NCBI GenBank assembly: GCA_964016885.1
Contig: OZ024748.1
Span: forward strand, 14,694,001-14,758,000
Origin: Eledone cirrhosa
Taxonomy: Eukaryota
Reading direction: 5' to 3'
Length of the DNA stretch: 64,000 nucleotides
Program-made: the position numbers and the translations under genes
The notes under the pieces: generated by a model
Told to the model about the DNA's origin: nothing
The model's input: the letters and a program-made list of their open reading frames with translations, nothing else
The model's database searches: none
Part shown: positions 1 to 13,480 of the stretch, piece after piece
Numbering within the stretch: position 1 is the stretch's first letter
Layout: every line of letters starts with the position of its first letter

Positions 1-970
1 TGGAATATTTTTGGATTCGTACTGGTTCCATTTTATATAATCCATTGAAGAATCCTGTTTAATTGTTCATTATGAAAAAAATATATACTTCTAGAAGTAG
101 AAAGCTTCATTTTAATCAACACTGGAATCTAATATATATTTAGCAAATGTGTATTAACAATAAACAAATAGCTTCTTTCTGATGTAGAGAGGGGGTAGTA
201 AACAAAGATATTTGAAATACATATTCAATTCTATATATATATATATTTACAGATATATTTAGTCTCCTAATATATAGATATATCAAGTTATATTATTCAA
301 TATATTTTGCCAAGTTATTCATTAATTAGGACAATTAAATTAATTTTAAAAGTAAAGATTAATAAAGAAACTCGCATTTCTCTCTTCAATTCTCATCTTG
401 GAAAATTCCTAACATACAGCTGCTTCCAATATCAGTTTTAATATCATAATTGAGTTTCTAGTTAAATTAAGCTAAGATTTCTATAGATATTTTCTTCAAA
501 ATAAAACTTGAAGTGGTTCTTAACTTCTTTTGTTGGATCTGAGTCTACATAAATGATGGCTTATAATAATTTAAAGCTTATCTTGAACGGAAATGGATAT
601 AAGTTAGCAGAACAATAGCAACCTTTTCATTACTGTATTCCTAAATGAAAGACACTTCCTATGCCTTTCAAATTATTTTGAAGATAACCAAAATTTGGAC
701 AACTTTAGTAATATAATTTTATTAAGCTGGTGTTTAGAACATAAGTTATCAAAGGGTGTTACACAAAATTATGATGGAAAGGTTTTCGATAAATATAAAC
801 AATTTAATTCTTTTGTTACTATATTTCCAAGGAAAGACACTGTCTATAATTCTCGAATAATTTGGAAAATATCAAAATTTGGGATGTATTTAGTAATATA
901 AGTAACTTGCTTATTATTCAGTTGGCATTTGGAACAGAAGTTAATGAAGGTTTTTACATGAAATTATAAT

Positions 971-1150
971 TGTTTCTACTTTAGGCACAAGGCCAGCAAT
1001 TACCCAGTGCATTACTGGTACTTTATTTTATCGACCCCGTAAGGATGAAAGGCAAAGTCAACCTCGGCGGGATTTGAACTCAGATCGTAAAGGGACATAA
1101 CTATGCTGGAAAGCATGGCGTCCGACCCTGTAACAATACTGCCAATCCAC
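971..1150 (-). mobile_element. tRNA-headed SINE, family 1 ((ATT)n / Tx1-like tail), with 12-bp target-site duplication
   Basis: Minus strand has A-box-like TGGCAGTATTG, B-box GAGTTCAAATCC, a conserved middle CCTTTCATCCTTACGGGGTCGATAAAATAAAGTACCAG and 3' end CCTTGTGCCTAAAGTAGAAAC. It is flanked by the direct repeat TGAAATTATAAT (959-970, 1151-1162). Confidence 0.85.
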
Positions 1151-2649
1151 TGAAATTATAATGGAAGGGTTTTAGATAAATATAAACATCTTGAAGCAAA
1201 CAGCATTGTATCATAAATCCAAGGATGGTTTTAGGCAGTTTGCCCATCAAAGGGTTAATGTGGCAATCTATAAAAAACATATAAGTTCAAACAGAATTTT
1301 TCTCTCCTGAAGAAATTGTAAGCAAATCATATATTGTTATTTATGCCTAAGTTCTAAACTGAATATGGAATAAAATTCAAATCTTTTGATACTAAACTGC
1401 CTGAACCACCTCAGGTTCATTTATACAAATCAATTAATGATACAGTGTTAACATTTATCATAATTTTTTGTAAGAAGCTTTATGTCATAATCCAAACATC
1501 AGCTTAATAATGAAAAATAAATCCATAGGCCCTGATGTTCTGTTTGATCATAGGTGGCACTGTTGAGATTTACTACATACCTTGGGTATTTAAACCTTGT
1601 GGAGTTCATCACTCTCCAGGTCTGAACACAGCTGATTTCTTCCAGAGAGAGAGAGAGAGTGGGCAAGAGGAAGAGAGGGAGAGAGCAACAGTGAAGTAAG
1701 AAAAAATTAAAAGGACGAAAAGTAAAGTTGACCTCAGTGGGATGTGAAATCAGGCCAGCTAGACCTAGAACAAATACCACAAGGTATTCTTTCCCAGATA
1801 ATCAGGACACTGCAACTTTGCCACCTAGACTCTTATTATGATGATTTGATTGAAAAAGATAGAGAAGTGGATTAGCAGAGTAATCTAAGGCATAGGTAGC
1901 AAGCTTTTGAGTTCAAATCTCACTGAGATCAACTCTGTCTGCTGGGTCGATATAATCGACTCACATCACCACCTCCAACAACAACAACAATAACACAAAT
2001 TGATGGCTTTGTGGTTCTGTTAGAAACCATTATTTGATTGGGAAAGGTCTTCCTAAGTGGTGACAGTAATACTACATGGTGTAATACACAGAACTTTAGC
2101 TCTCCATGTTAAAAGGTCAGTTGTTCTACATGGACAATGGCAAAATATTCAATATACTGTGGTGAACATTAAACATATTGATCTTTCAACAACATGGCTT
2201 TTGAAATATAAACCAATTTAATCTACTTTTATTGAACATCTCTCTCTCTCACTCACACACACAGGAGTGACTAATGGTACACATTAGAAATTAATAACGG
2301 ATTAAAATAGAGAGATGTCACCTATCTAGGGGACCTACACGTTGTTGACCATATTATTTGTCAACATGCAATTTGTCAATACACAGACCACCACCACCAT
2401 TGCCACTGCCAACACCCAACAATCAGACCCCCCCCCCCATCACAACGAAGGCCATGACTGTCACCGACACACAAGTCAACACACAGACCGCCATTGCTAC
2501 CAACAACAACAATCACAATAACATGCAGAGCACATTTCATTATCTGGTAATTTGCAGCAGAAAATTGGTTCCAAAATCGAAATAATGGTAATCTTTCTAC
2601 AGAGAAAGAGAGAGAGAAGAGAAAGAGAAGTTGAAAAGTGTGATATATG

Positions 2650-2828
2650 ATGTAAGAATAATTGCCAAATGTTGTTGTCACTTTTCAATATCTTAACCAA
2701 TTCTACCTAAATTCTTCATTTACAGAGAGAGAGAGATAAATATACATACATATATATGTGTGCGTGTCCTGTGTGTGTGTGTATATATATATATACACAT
2801 AATACATATATATATATATATACATATA

Positions 2829-2866
<38 letters not shown>

Positions 2867-3312
2867 TACATATATATATATATATACATATAATACATAT
2901 ATAGATATATATATATATATATATACATATTATACCTATACGTGTATATATATGTGTGTGTGTGTGTGTATAGAGAGGGTGGGAGAATGAGATATAGAGA
3001 AGTGCATTATGCCATGTAAGGACAATTGCCAAATGTTTTTGTCACTTTTGAAATATCTACCAATTGTGCGTCTTATCTCCCACCACATAATGAAGGAGAG
3101 AGGGGAGAGGAGGGAGGAGAAGAGAAAGGGGTGAGAAGTCTGTTACACCATGTAAGGACAATTGCCAAATATTTTTGTCACCTTGAAATATCTTTACCAA
3201 TTCCACCATGCATCTTTCCACTAAAAGAGAGCCAGGCTGGGAAGTGTGTTATACCATGTAAGGACAGGTGCCAAACATTGTTGTCACCTTTCAGATATCT
3301 TTATCAATTCCA
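2650..3312 (+). repeat. Four spaced copies of a ~50-bp motif TGTAAGGACAATTGCCAAATGTTTTTGTCACYTTTGAAATATCT..CCAATT
   Basis: Copies near 2650, 3015, 3150 and 3257, separated by microsatellite or purine-rich spacers. Confidence 0.7.
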
Positions 3313-3579
3313 CCTCCCATAATTCCACACTGATAGATGAGTGATTCAATAAAGCTGGCAGAGTGACACTATAAATGACAAACTTCAAATATATTTTTCA
3401 AATCATTTTGATTTTAAATGTTTTCAACAGATGTTTGTCAGGCCAGGACTACTTTTATACATACATTCATACTTATCTACTTATCTACCTACATACCTTT
3501 GTGTGTATATATATATATATATGTGTGTGTGCGTGTGTGTGTATAATATAAATATATATGTATATATATAATATAAATA

Positions 3580-3622
<43 letters not shown>

Positions 3623-3933
3623 AATATATATGTATATATATTTATATATATTTATATATATTTATATATTCATACCTATTTACCTACCTACCTATACATA
3701 TACATACATATTTCTGAAATAGGCAGCCAAAGAAATATTTGTATATTCATATATATATATATATATACACACATTTACACATATACATTCATATATGTAT
3801 GCACATACATACATTACATACCTACACACACATCCATACCTGTAGCCTCTAATATAGAAGACAGCAGCAAAATGTGTCATCAATTTCAAAATATTGGAAC
3901 TTGGCCAAAATAGTTTTCTATTAGCTTACAACA

Positions 3934-3965
<32 letters not shown>

Positions 3966-4278
3966 TCTGATAAGCAGGTGAGAAGATATAACGTATTATA
4001 AAAGACGTACCCATCAACATGATGATGATATATAGTGATGGTGATGACATGTTGGTGATGCAGGCATCTCTGTGTGATTAAGATGTTGAGAATTGTTAAG
4101 AAGTTTGCTTTGTCATCATTAGGTCCCCAGGGTTCAGTCCCAGCCCCTGGCACTTGGGAAAATATCATTTACCATCATAGTCTTGGGTGGTGGACTCATA
4201 ACTTGTGACAGGTCTGATCCCACTGTATGGGCAAGTGTCTTTTATCTTAGCCTCAGGATGACCCAAGATTTGTGAATA

Positions 4279-4508
4279 AATTGGGCAGAAAAACAGCCAA
4301 GTTTGTCACCCCTGGGTCATGCTGAACTTTTTTAGGAGACATGTGATTGGATAAAATTAGGCGGAAAAACAGCCAGGATTGTCACCCATTGGGTCATGCT
4401 GAACTCTTTGAAGGGTACATGTGATTGGATTAAATTAGGCAGAAAAACAGCCAGGATTGTCACCCACTATGTCATGCTGAACCCCATTAAGTGTACTTGT
4501 GATTGGAA
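4279..4508 (+). repeat. ~77-bp tandem repeat, 3 copies
   Basis: GGCAGAAAAACAGCCAGGATTGTCACCC..GGTCATGCTGAAC...ATGTGATTGGA recurs at ~4284, 4360 and 4438. Confidence 0.85.
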
Positions 4509-4734
4509 TGCTTAGACACTTACACATTACTTTCATGAGACAGTTGTTCCATTCATCAATCAACTGGTACATTTATCATTGAAACTGAAGAGTGTCCGTT
4601 TATTTCCAGTTAAAATGTTCACTTCACAACCAAATTGCTGCCCACAACTTTGGTCAAGTCATTTTTACCATAGTCTTATATAAACTTGAGTCTTCTAAGT
4701 GGAACTTGGAAGATGGAAATTGTGCTAATAATAT

Positions 4735-5365
4735 TGGTTTCTGATTTAGGCACAAGGACAAACATTTTGGTGGGAGGGGAAAGTCAACTAATTTGACTTT
4801 TGTATGTCACTGGTGATATATTTTATTGACCCCATAAGGATGAAAGGCAAAGCTAAACATGGTGGGCTTTGAAATCAATAATGATAATTGTTTCTACTTT
4901 TTGGCACAAGGCCAGCAATTACCCAGTACATTACTGGTACTTTATTTTATCGACCCCGTAAGGATGAAAGGCAAAGATAACCTCAGCGGGATTTGAACTC
5001 AGATCATAAAGGGACATAACTATGCTAGAAAGCATGGCGTCTGACCCTCTACCGATACTGCCAACTCACCACCCTAATAATAATAATGATAATGGTTTCT
5101 GATTTAGCCACAAGGCCAACAATTTGGAGGGAGAGGAAAGTCAATTAATTCTACCTCAGTACATTACTGGTACTTTATTTTATTAACCCCTACAAATGAA
5201 AGACAAAGTTAACATCAGGGGATTTGAACTCAGTTACAATGATTTCTAATTTAGGCACAAGGCCAACAATTTAGGGGGCGAGGAAGGGTTACCCAGTGCA
5301 TACTGTTACTTTATTTTAGTGACCCCATAAGGATGAAAAGCAAAGCTAATCACAGCAGGATTTGA
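4735..5365 (-). mobile_element. Head-to-tail cluster of four family-1 SINE copies or fragments
   Basis: TTTCT..TTTAGGCACAAGG...GACCCC.TAAGGATGAAAGGCAAAG repeated at ~4735, 4888, 5094 and 5242, separated by (AAT)n or short spacers. Confidence 0.8.
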
Positions 5366-6185
5366 AAATTGTGATATTAAGCCATGTTATCACCCAGCCT
5401 TACCAGTATATCAAGTGATACTGGTGAGGGTGCTTGACTATTCCAGCTCTTTAACCTAAAGACATCGCTGGGAATATGTTGACTTATCTAAGAAATTATT
5501 TAAGGGAAATTCCATCACCCCTCCTTGTGGTGCGTAATTACATGTACATGTGTTCTTTTGTTTTATTTCTTGATTGCTATTTTTCGTTTCCCTGATTACT
5601 TTCTGCAAATTTTGAATCGTTTGTTAACTTTTGTAACCCCCTTGGTGATAGAAACTACAATTTAAGACATGACTGCATTTAGCCCCTATAAACCAAGCCA
5701 GAAACAGTTCTATATGAGAAAGACACGGACACCTGACCTAAAATGCCTCAAACAGGACAACCCGTCTAACCCATGCTAGCATAGAAAATGGACATTAAAC
5801 AATGATGATGAGGATGATATCTGGTTACAGTTTGATCCCAAACTAAATTTCAATGAATCTAAAAACTTCAAGAGTAAGAAGAGAGAGAGAGAAAGCGAGA
5901 GAAAGATAAAAGTAAGGAGGATAAATAAACTAAAGATAAACACACAGAAGAAGGTAAAATGTTGAGTAACCTTGGTTACAATATAATCTGTATTCAACCT
6001 ATACCCACAGTGAACCGAATGCTGTAATTTCCTCTGGCAATTGTGAAACACTAATAAGGTGAGAATGTTGAGGAAACGGAAGAAAATACGTTATAAAGAT
6101 AAACACAGAAATAGAATGGAAAACAGAAAAATTGAAATAATGTATTTAAGTGCATCCAACTATCATATAAAACATATATATATAT

Positions 6186-6232
<47 letters not shown>

Positions 6233-6277
6233 CATATCATATACATATATATATATCATATATACACATACATATAT

Positions 6278-6311
<34 letters not shown>

Positions 6312-6334
6312 CTATACACATACATATCATATAC

Positions 6335-6684
6335 ATCATCATTTCATCATCATCATTTCATTTTATGTCCGCTTTTTCCCTGCTTGCAAGGGTGGGACGG
6401 GAACTGATGCTGGCTTGATTTCTACAGCTGGATGCCCTTCCTAACACCAACCTCATTTACAGTGAGTACTGGGTGCTTTTTTGCCGTGGCACCTCCACGA
6501 CCACTTTGCAGTGGAATGATAGGGAACCCAGTCCCTATCATCTCATTTCTACAGCTGAGTAAACTGGAGCAATGTGAAATAAAGTGTCTTGCTCAAGGAA
6601 ACAACACATCACCCGGTCTGAGAATTGAACTCACAACCTTTCGATTGCAAGGCCAATGCTCTAACCACTAAGCCATGTGCCTCC
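6335..6684 (-). mobile_element. tRNA-headed SINE, family 2, ending in the RTE LINE 3' tail
   Basis: Minus strand has A box TGGCTTAGTGGTT, B box GAGTTCAATTC, CORE-like CCTTGAGCAAGACACTT and 3' CCCACCCTTGCAAGCAGGGAAAAAGCGGAC..AAAATGA-(TGA)n, matching the RTE end at 57590-57640. Near-identical to 28045-28390. Confidence 0.85.
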
Positions 6685-6904
6685 ATTAGCCATGTGCCTC
6701 CATTTATATCCATATATATCATATATACACATACATATCATATACATATATATATTATATATGCATACATATCATATACATCTATATATCATATACATAG
6801 ATATATGTATTCATACATATCATATACATATATATACATATCATATATATATATATATTAAAAAAAACAAATATATATATATATATATATATGTATATAC
6901 ATAC

Positions 6905-7229
6905 AACATCATCATCATTTTACGCCCGCTTTTCCCTGTTTGCAAGGGTGGGGCGGGTCCTATTCAGTATCTCTCAACTTGTCAGGGTCCTTCGTCATCT
7001 CCTCCGTGAGCTTCAGCAATCTGAGGTCCGCTCTCACCACCTCCGCCCATGTTTTTCATGGTCTACATCTACTGTGTCTTCCTTCTACTCGGATTTCTTG
7101 GCACTTCTTTACCCAGTGGTCATTCTCCATGCGCATCACATCTCCATACCATCTCAGTCTTCTCTCCTGCACACCACAACTTATCCCTCTTATACCTAGT
7201 TTCTTTCTCAACTCGTCTATGCTTTGAGA

Positions 7230-7231
<2 letters not shown>
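6905..7231 (-). mobile_element. RTE-clade LINE 3' fragment
   Basis: Translation ..[51 protein letters not shown] matches the RTE C-terminus at 57151-57623; (GAT)n tail. Confidence 0.88.
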
Positions 7232-7273
<42 letters not shown>

Positions 7274-7419
7274 TCAGTGAAAATCGCATTTTCGCGGGTA
7301 GATATATATATATATCTATATATACATAAATATATATATGGTATATATATATATACATATATATATCATATATACCTAGTTTCTTTCTCAACTCGTCTAT
7401 GCTTTGAGAGCATATATAT

Positions 7420-7493
<74 letters not shown>

Positions 7494-7590
7494 TCAGTGA
7501 AAATCGCATTTTCGCGGGTAGATATATATATATCTATATATACATAAATATATATATGGTATATATATATATACATATATATATCATATA
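7191..7590 (+). repeat. Local tandem duplication of LINE 5' edge + (TA)n + 30-bp island
   Basis: TATACCTAGTTTCTTTCTCAACTCGTCTATGCTTTGAGAGC-(TA)n-AATTCAGTGAAAATCGCATTTTCGCGGGTAG occurs twice, from 7191 and from 7371. Confidence 0.85.
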
Positions 7591-7659
7591 TACATACATA
7601 TCATATACATATATACATATATATATCATATATACATATATATATATATATCATATCGT

Positions 7660-7850
7660 CATCATCATCATCACCATCGTTTAACGTCCATCTTCCACGC
7701 TTGCATGGGTTTGGACAGGAGTTTTCCCACTTGAGGCAAGATTGGTTGTCTTGCTCGTGTAGGACTGTCTGGCGGGTTTTCTACGGCTGGATGCCCTTCC
7801 TAACACCAACCGCATTTACAGTGTGGAACTGGGAGTTTTTTACCGTGTTA
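7660..7850 (-). mobile_element. SINE 3' half with RTE-type tail (AACCCATGCAAGCGTGGAAGATGGACGTTAAACGATG)
   Basis: Contains GGATGCCCTTCCTAACACCAACC shared with family 2. Related ends at ~5690-5815, 24420-24600, 30760-30975, 32370-32435, 32730-32900, 51530-51575 and 52965-53210. Confidence 0.7.
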
Positions 7851-7999
7851 CGTCAATACTCATCTTTTTCCATTTCTCCGAGGGTTCTTAACCCCACTAT
7901 CAGGCTAAATAATTTCTTTAATTGCTTTAGTCAAAATACGGCGATAGCTAACATTTCTAATAATATATATATATATTTATACATGCATATCATATACAC

Positions 8000-8180
8000 A
8001 TGTAAAGAAGTGCCAAGAAATCTCAGTAGATAGAAGACACAGTAGAGGAAGACCACAAAAAACTTGGGCAGAGAGAGTGAAAGCAGACCTCAGATGGCTG
8101 AAGCACAGGGAGGAGATGATGAAGGACCGTGACAAGTGGAGAGATGCTGTACTGAATAGGACCCATCCCACCCTTGCATG
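8000..8180 (+). mobile_element. RTE-clade LINE 3' fragment
   Basis: Encodes ..RGRPQKTWAERVKADLRWLKHREEMMKDRDKWRDAVLNRTHPTLA. Confidence 0.85.
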
Positions 8181-8529
8181 CCATATATATATACATACCA
8201 TATATATATACATATTATATATACATACCATATATATATACATACCATATATATATATACATACCATATATATATACATATCATATATATACATATCATA
8301 TATATACATATCATATATATATATATATATATAAATCATATATATATATATATATATATATCATACACGTACATACCATATATATATAATGTATTTAATT
8401 GCAACCAACAATCCTATATAAATCTTATCCTATATTGTTTGTTTTTATCTAGTGTTTCTCAGAAACATAAATGTATGCATGTGTGTACATACGTATGTAA
8501 AATTAAGAATGGTTTCCAAAAAAGGAATG

Positions 8530-8688
8530 GAAGGGAATCACAGTTAAATAAGGTACTCAATACATAAACAGAGAAGTTACATATCTATTTCATTTAGAAT
8601 TGAATCCTATAGGTTTAGAAGTGCTTCATTCGTTTGCTGGCAATTTCAAACGAATGAAACAGTTCTATTCATGTAGAAGTCATTCCTA

Positions 8689-8692
<4 letters not shown>
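8530..8692. mobile_element. Degenerate fold-back island, same family as 32175-32320 and 36691-36855 (hammerhead 3' half)
   Basis: TAGAAGTGCTTCATTCGTTTG / CAAACGAATGAAACAGTTCTA are inverted arms; GAAACAGTTCTATTCATGTAGAAG matches 36716-36739; the right edge runs into (TA)n. Confidence 0.6.
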
Positions 8693-8728
<36 letters not shown>

Positions 8729-9734
8729 GCACACACAAATGTTGTTTTCAAAGCATTACATTTACAGACAGGTTTCAGACCAATTTAGAATTCATATTAT
8801 TCAGTCAACAAGACTTCTTTTACATATCTTTATTATTTTATTTTATTTTTTTAACCAGTGAGATGATATGTTAACTCAACTGCAATAATGAACACTTTTA
8901 AAACTGAAGTTTCTCTGCGTGTGTACCATCACATTTCCATCTCTCTCTATATATACAATATATAAATATATATATACAATATATATATATATATACACAC
9001 AATATATATATATACACAATATATATATATATATATATACATACACAATATATATATATACAATATATATATATATAGTAACTTAATGCAAACAAGAAGT
9101 TTGTATTAAGCTCCTTGATTGCACATGTCCCAAGGGATCCAAAGCATTGAAGAAGAATAATAAAAAAAAAATCTAAGTTTGAATAACTTATATATGATAA
9201 CCTTACTCTACACTTTAAAATTATATTATTTCATTACAGTCGAAATTTCAAAGACAGAAACTGAGAGAAAAAGAAAAAAAAATAGTAAGAAATCGTTCTT
9301 TTTTATTAGTAGTATTACTTTTATTTTACAATTATATTTTCTTCTGTTGCCAATCTTTGTGATGCCCTAATGAGCACAATCACTGCTAGCTCTATTTCAT
9401 TAGATTTTATCAACTCTCTCTCTGATTCTTAACTGAAATTCTTCTGCCCATCATCACATGTATCTGGTTTCAATGTGAGCATAACTTTCATATTGAAGTT
9501 ATTTCTTTAACTGAAGTTATATAAATAAAATAGGAATGACAAAGAGAAGAAGTGGGGGTGGGGAGAAGAAGGTAGTAGTGGTGATGATTGTGTGATATAT
9601 GTGATATTATTTTCAACTTTGTTAGCAGCATCTCAGTTAGTTACTCTTAGTAAATATGGAATGGACCTTCGTCACTTTTCACAACGAATGAATGAGTTGT
9701 TTTATCATCAGTACAGCCTGCTCATGAAATTAAC

Positions 9735-10090
9735 GTCCAAGCAAGTGGCTGAGCATTCCACAGACAGGTGTACTCATAAAATAATTCTCAGGGAGAATCT
9801 GTGGGAAACATTGTGTGATAAAGTTGGACAGTCCATCTTTTTTTATAGTGTAAGTGGTTGAGTATTCCACAGACAGGTGTAACAAGTATACCCTTAGCAC
9901 AGTTCTCAGGGAAATTCTGTGTGAAACATTGTGTGATAAAGCTGGATCTTTAAATTTCATGTACATTTTATCTTTTTTTATAGTGTAAGTGGCTGAGCAT
10001 TCTACAGACGTGTACTCTTCAACATAATTCTCAAGAATATTCAGTTAGGAACAATGTGTGGTAGACCTGGACCTTAGAATTACAGGTAGT
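9735..10090 (+). repeat. Three diverged tandem copies of a ~110-135-bp interspersed-repeat segment
   Basis: AAGTGGCTGAGCATTCCACAGACAGGTGTAC...AATTCTCAGGGA...TGTGTGATAAAG.TGGA occurs three times; another copy lies at ~33705-33770. Confidence 0.7.
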
Positions 10091-11399
10091 CACTATCTGA
10101 CAAACTCCCAAACTATTTCCAATGGCACAATTGCACTCAAAAGGCAAGAGACGAGTTGAGGCTTTGGTAAATTATTGTTGCCCAAGGTGCCAAGAAATGG
10201 GATTGAACTGAGGACCTAATGATTGGGAAGTGAACTCCTTAACTTAAGTCATGTGATGGCAACACATCAAATGTAAGTATATAGTCGATACATGCACCTC
10301 ACACCATTGTCATGCTGTCAAAGGCATAGCTATGTTCGGCAAGACATGGTTCTAGATTGGAGAATCGCCTGCCCAAGATTGTATATGCCATGTGGTGAAC
10401 TCTCTACTAGCCAACTCAACAGAGAAGGCACCGAAGAAAGGATACAAATGTTCCTTAAAGAAATTGCTATAAGCATGTCATTAGTGGGGTTGCCTAGTTG
10501 TAAAGGTGTTGGACTTATGATCATAATGCTGTAGGTTTGATTCCTGGACAGGATTGTATATTGTGGGCTTGAGTAAAATATTTCATTTCACATTGCTCCA
10601 GTATACTCAGCTGAAAATAAGTACTTGCAATAGCTGGGAGTTTAATCTGTCTTGTCCAGGCGTAATCTTGTTCTTTCAGTTGTTTTATGCTATTGGAACC
10701 AGGATAAACACTAGCGCGATGAGCCTTCAGACTCAGGACAGATTTCAACACTCTGATGGACTGGCATCCTGTCCAGTGGAGAGTCATGTATTCTCAGCCA
10801 CTTTACATAATGGAAACCAGCGTAATGACCAGCTTGATGAGCCTTTAGACTTTAGACTTTCTTTTAGATTATCTAAGTTCAAAATCCATCAAGACTCACT
10901 TTGCATTTTTATCCTTTCAAGGTCAATAAAATAACAACCTGTTAATATATTAGGAATATTTAAAACCTTTCATTACCAATATTTCTAATGAAAGTCACTA
11001 CCTATGATTTTCATATAATTTTGAAAATAACCAAGAAGTGTGAGTGATTTATTAAATATAAGAAAAGAGTTAAATATGTCAACTGATTCCTTGTAGAAAA
11101 AAATGGCAGATTCTTAAAACAATATTTACATTCTTACATCAAAATTGATATATGAGAAAATATGTAACAACAACAAATACACTTCTTTTCTATTCTTTTC
11201 TTTTGTTTATGTAGAGAGGAGGTGTGGTGAGTGATGTATGTATGTATCTGTGTGCTTTGTGTATTAAATGACAATTTTTCTATTATTATCTCCCTCACAC
11301 TCTCTACATATACACACACACATATATACATATATATACATGTATATATATATATACATATAATATATAATATCAAAAGATGGTTAAAAGAGTTCCATG

Positions 11400-11470
11400 T
11401 ATTTTATTATGCGCATTTCAAAAACAAATATCATCATGCAATAACATTTGTGTTTTCATCAGATAAAATA
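11400..11470 (-). ncRNA. Type I hammerhead ribozyme motif (mirror copy)
   Basis: Reverse complement of 11605-11675. Confidence 0.82.
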
Positions 11471-11604
11471 GGAAGACATGATATGAAGGTTAAAGAACAC
11501 TTGTGAATAGTGCAGTTTTAAATCAACATATCAACATATCAACATATGTTGATTTAAAACTGCACTATTCACAAGTGTTCTTTAACCTTCATATCATGTC
11601 TTCC

Positions 11605-11675
11605 TATTTTATCTGATGAAAACACAAATGTTATTGCATGATGATATTTGTTTTTGAAATGCGCATAATAAAATA
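11605..11675 (+). ncRNA. Type I hammerhead ribozyme motif
   Basis: TATTTTAT-CTGATGA-[AAACACAAATGTTAT tgcatg ATGATATTTGTTTTT]-GAAA-TGCGCA-TA-ATAAAATA: 8-bp stem I, intact core, ~15-bp stem II, palindromic stem III, predicted cleavage after AUA (11667). Confidence 0.85.
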
Positions 11676-11798
11676 CATGGAACTCTTTTAACCATCTTTT
11701 GATATTATATATTATGTATACTCCAGTCCTACAAATTGTAGAGTGCTTCTTATCTGATATCTGCATTGCTTTATTGTACTACAATAAAACTCACCTCC

Positions 11799-11854
<56 letters not shown>

Positions 11855-11905
11855 CATATATATACATATATATATACACATATATATATATACATATATA
11901 TACAC

Positions 11906-11937
<32 letters not shown>

Positions 11938-12009
11938 GTGTATATATATATATATGTTTATATATATATATGTATATATATATATATGTATATGTATATA
12001 TGTATATAT

Positions 12010-12057
<48 letters not shown>

Positions 12058-13194
12058 GTATATATATATGTATATATATGTATATATATATGTATATATA
12101 TATATGTATATGTATATATATGTATATATAAATATATATGTATATATATATGTATATACTTTCTTCCCAATCTAATCTCAATGATTTTAGCTTTTGTAAA
12201 ATTAGCTTATGTAATATACCAAGATTTCAATAGAGAGAATACATTCACTGCAATAGAGAGAAAAGGAATGAAGGCTATGGTGAGATCTAGATTTAAGAAA
12301 TGTTCTTCTGACATGAATTCTTCAGAGGGTAATCACTTGGCCAATGGTGAGAGATAGTTTCTTACTCATGTTTTTATTTTTGTTGTCTTTCTCTACAAAT
12401 ATTTTTTTTTTCTGTGTTGTTTTCCTCTACAAGTATCTTGAATTACATTCACTGGCAGTTGTGTGAATATTTCATGATGATAAATTGAATTAATATTTAT
12501 GGAACACTTGAGCAATAATTTATTTAGATACACAATGTTTGTCTTTATACTTTCTCACAGCTGATCAACTTTCAATTCTAAAGCTTAGCTTTGCTTTGAT
12601 TTTGTGTATAAATGATTTCTAACATAAAGCACAAGGCCTCACCTTGTAGAAAAGAGAAGAGTATGAATGATAAGCCTGTTTAATACCAAACTGCCTGAAA
12701 CTGACACAAAAACCTTTCCATCTAAATCCTAAGTAAGAATCTTTCTTTTGTTATGCTAGAAACACCAACTTAATAAGGAAAAAGATAGTTATATTACTAA
12801 ATCCCTTACAATTCTTGATCATTTTGAACGTAACATTTACATAAAATTATGATGGAAGGTTTCTGGTTAAATCAACAGTGGCGTTTTCGGGTGGTTTAGT
12901 ACAAAAAAAGGTTAAAAGCACAGCCACCTGTTATTTAACAACAATACAAGCAACTGCCAAAACAACAATCCAGCTGACACAGACTCCTGTTCTATGAAAC
13001 AAAATCTCTCAATTTAAAGGGTACCTATTTCAATGAATATAACATAACATTATGAAAGAACCATATGTTAAGTAACTATCTTAGTATAATGAAAAATGTC
13101 ATAATTTCCGTAAATCCTTCCAAATTCATCATTAATATAATAATTAAAATATGAGGGCCAGCTGAAAATTTCATAGGCAGACAATGAAGGAGTA

Positions 13195-13480
13195 ATGCTA
13201 GGGCTGTGAAATATGCAAGCATTAATTTCAACTTTTTTTTATTAATAACTGCCTTGTTTCTTTCCAAAGACTAGGTTAAAAAATAAACCTCATTTGATCA
13301 TTCCACGAGAGTATCTTGGTCAGCTGATGAACGGGTGATGCTAGGGCTGTGAAATCTTACATGCATTAATTTCAACTCTACTTATTAATAACTGAAATGT
13401 TTCATTCCAAGAACTACGTTGAAAAAGAAACCTCATTTCATCATTACATGAGAGTGTCTTGGTCAGCTCATGAACTTTAC
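13195..13480 (+). repeat. ~140-bp tandem duplication of an interspersed repeat
   Basis: TGCTAGGGCTGTGAAAT...GCATTAATTTCAACT...AAACCTCATTT..TCATT.CA.GAGAGT.TCTTGGTCAGCT occurs twice; a related copy lies at ~52820-52882. Confidence 0.75.

Larger units (their letters stand above)
11361..11802. mobile_element. Fold-back hammerhead element A, copy 1 (PLE/retrozyme-like) in (TA)n
   Basis: ~171-bp inverted arms (11361-11531, 11544-11714) with no mismatch seen by eye, a 12-nt loop made of repeated TCAACATA, and an ~87-bp one-sided tail. The ORF track shows the same peptide on both strands. Second copy at 57764-58191. Confidence 0.88.

Noticed and set aside
11361-11714. Interpreting element A as a TIR MITE
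   Set aside because: The arms meet with almost no spacer, a tail extends on one side only, and each arm holds a full hammerhead. This fits a fold-back retroelement better than a DNA transposon.
13322-13356. CTGATGA...GAAA in the 140-bp duplication
   Set aside because: No convincing stems; the paralogous copies read CTCATGA and CATATGA.
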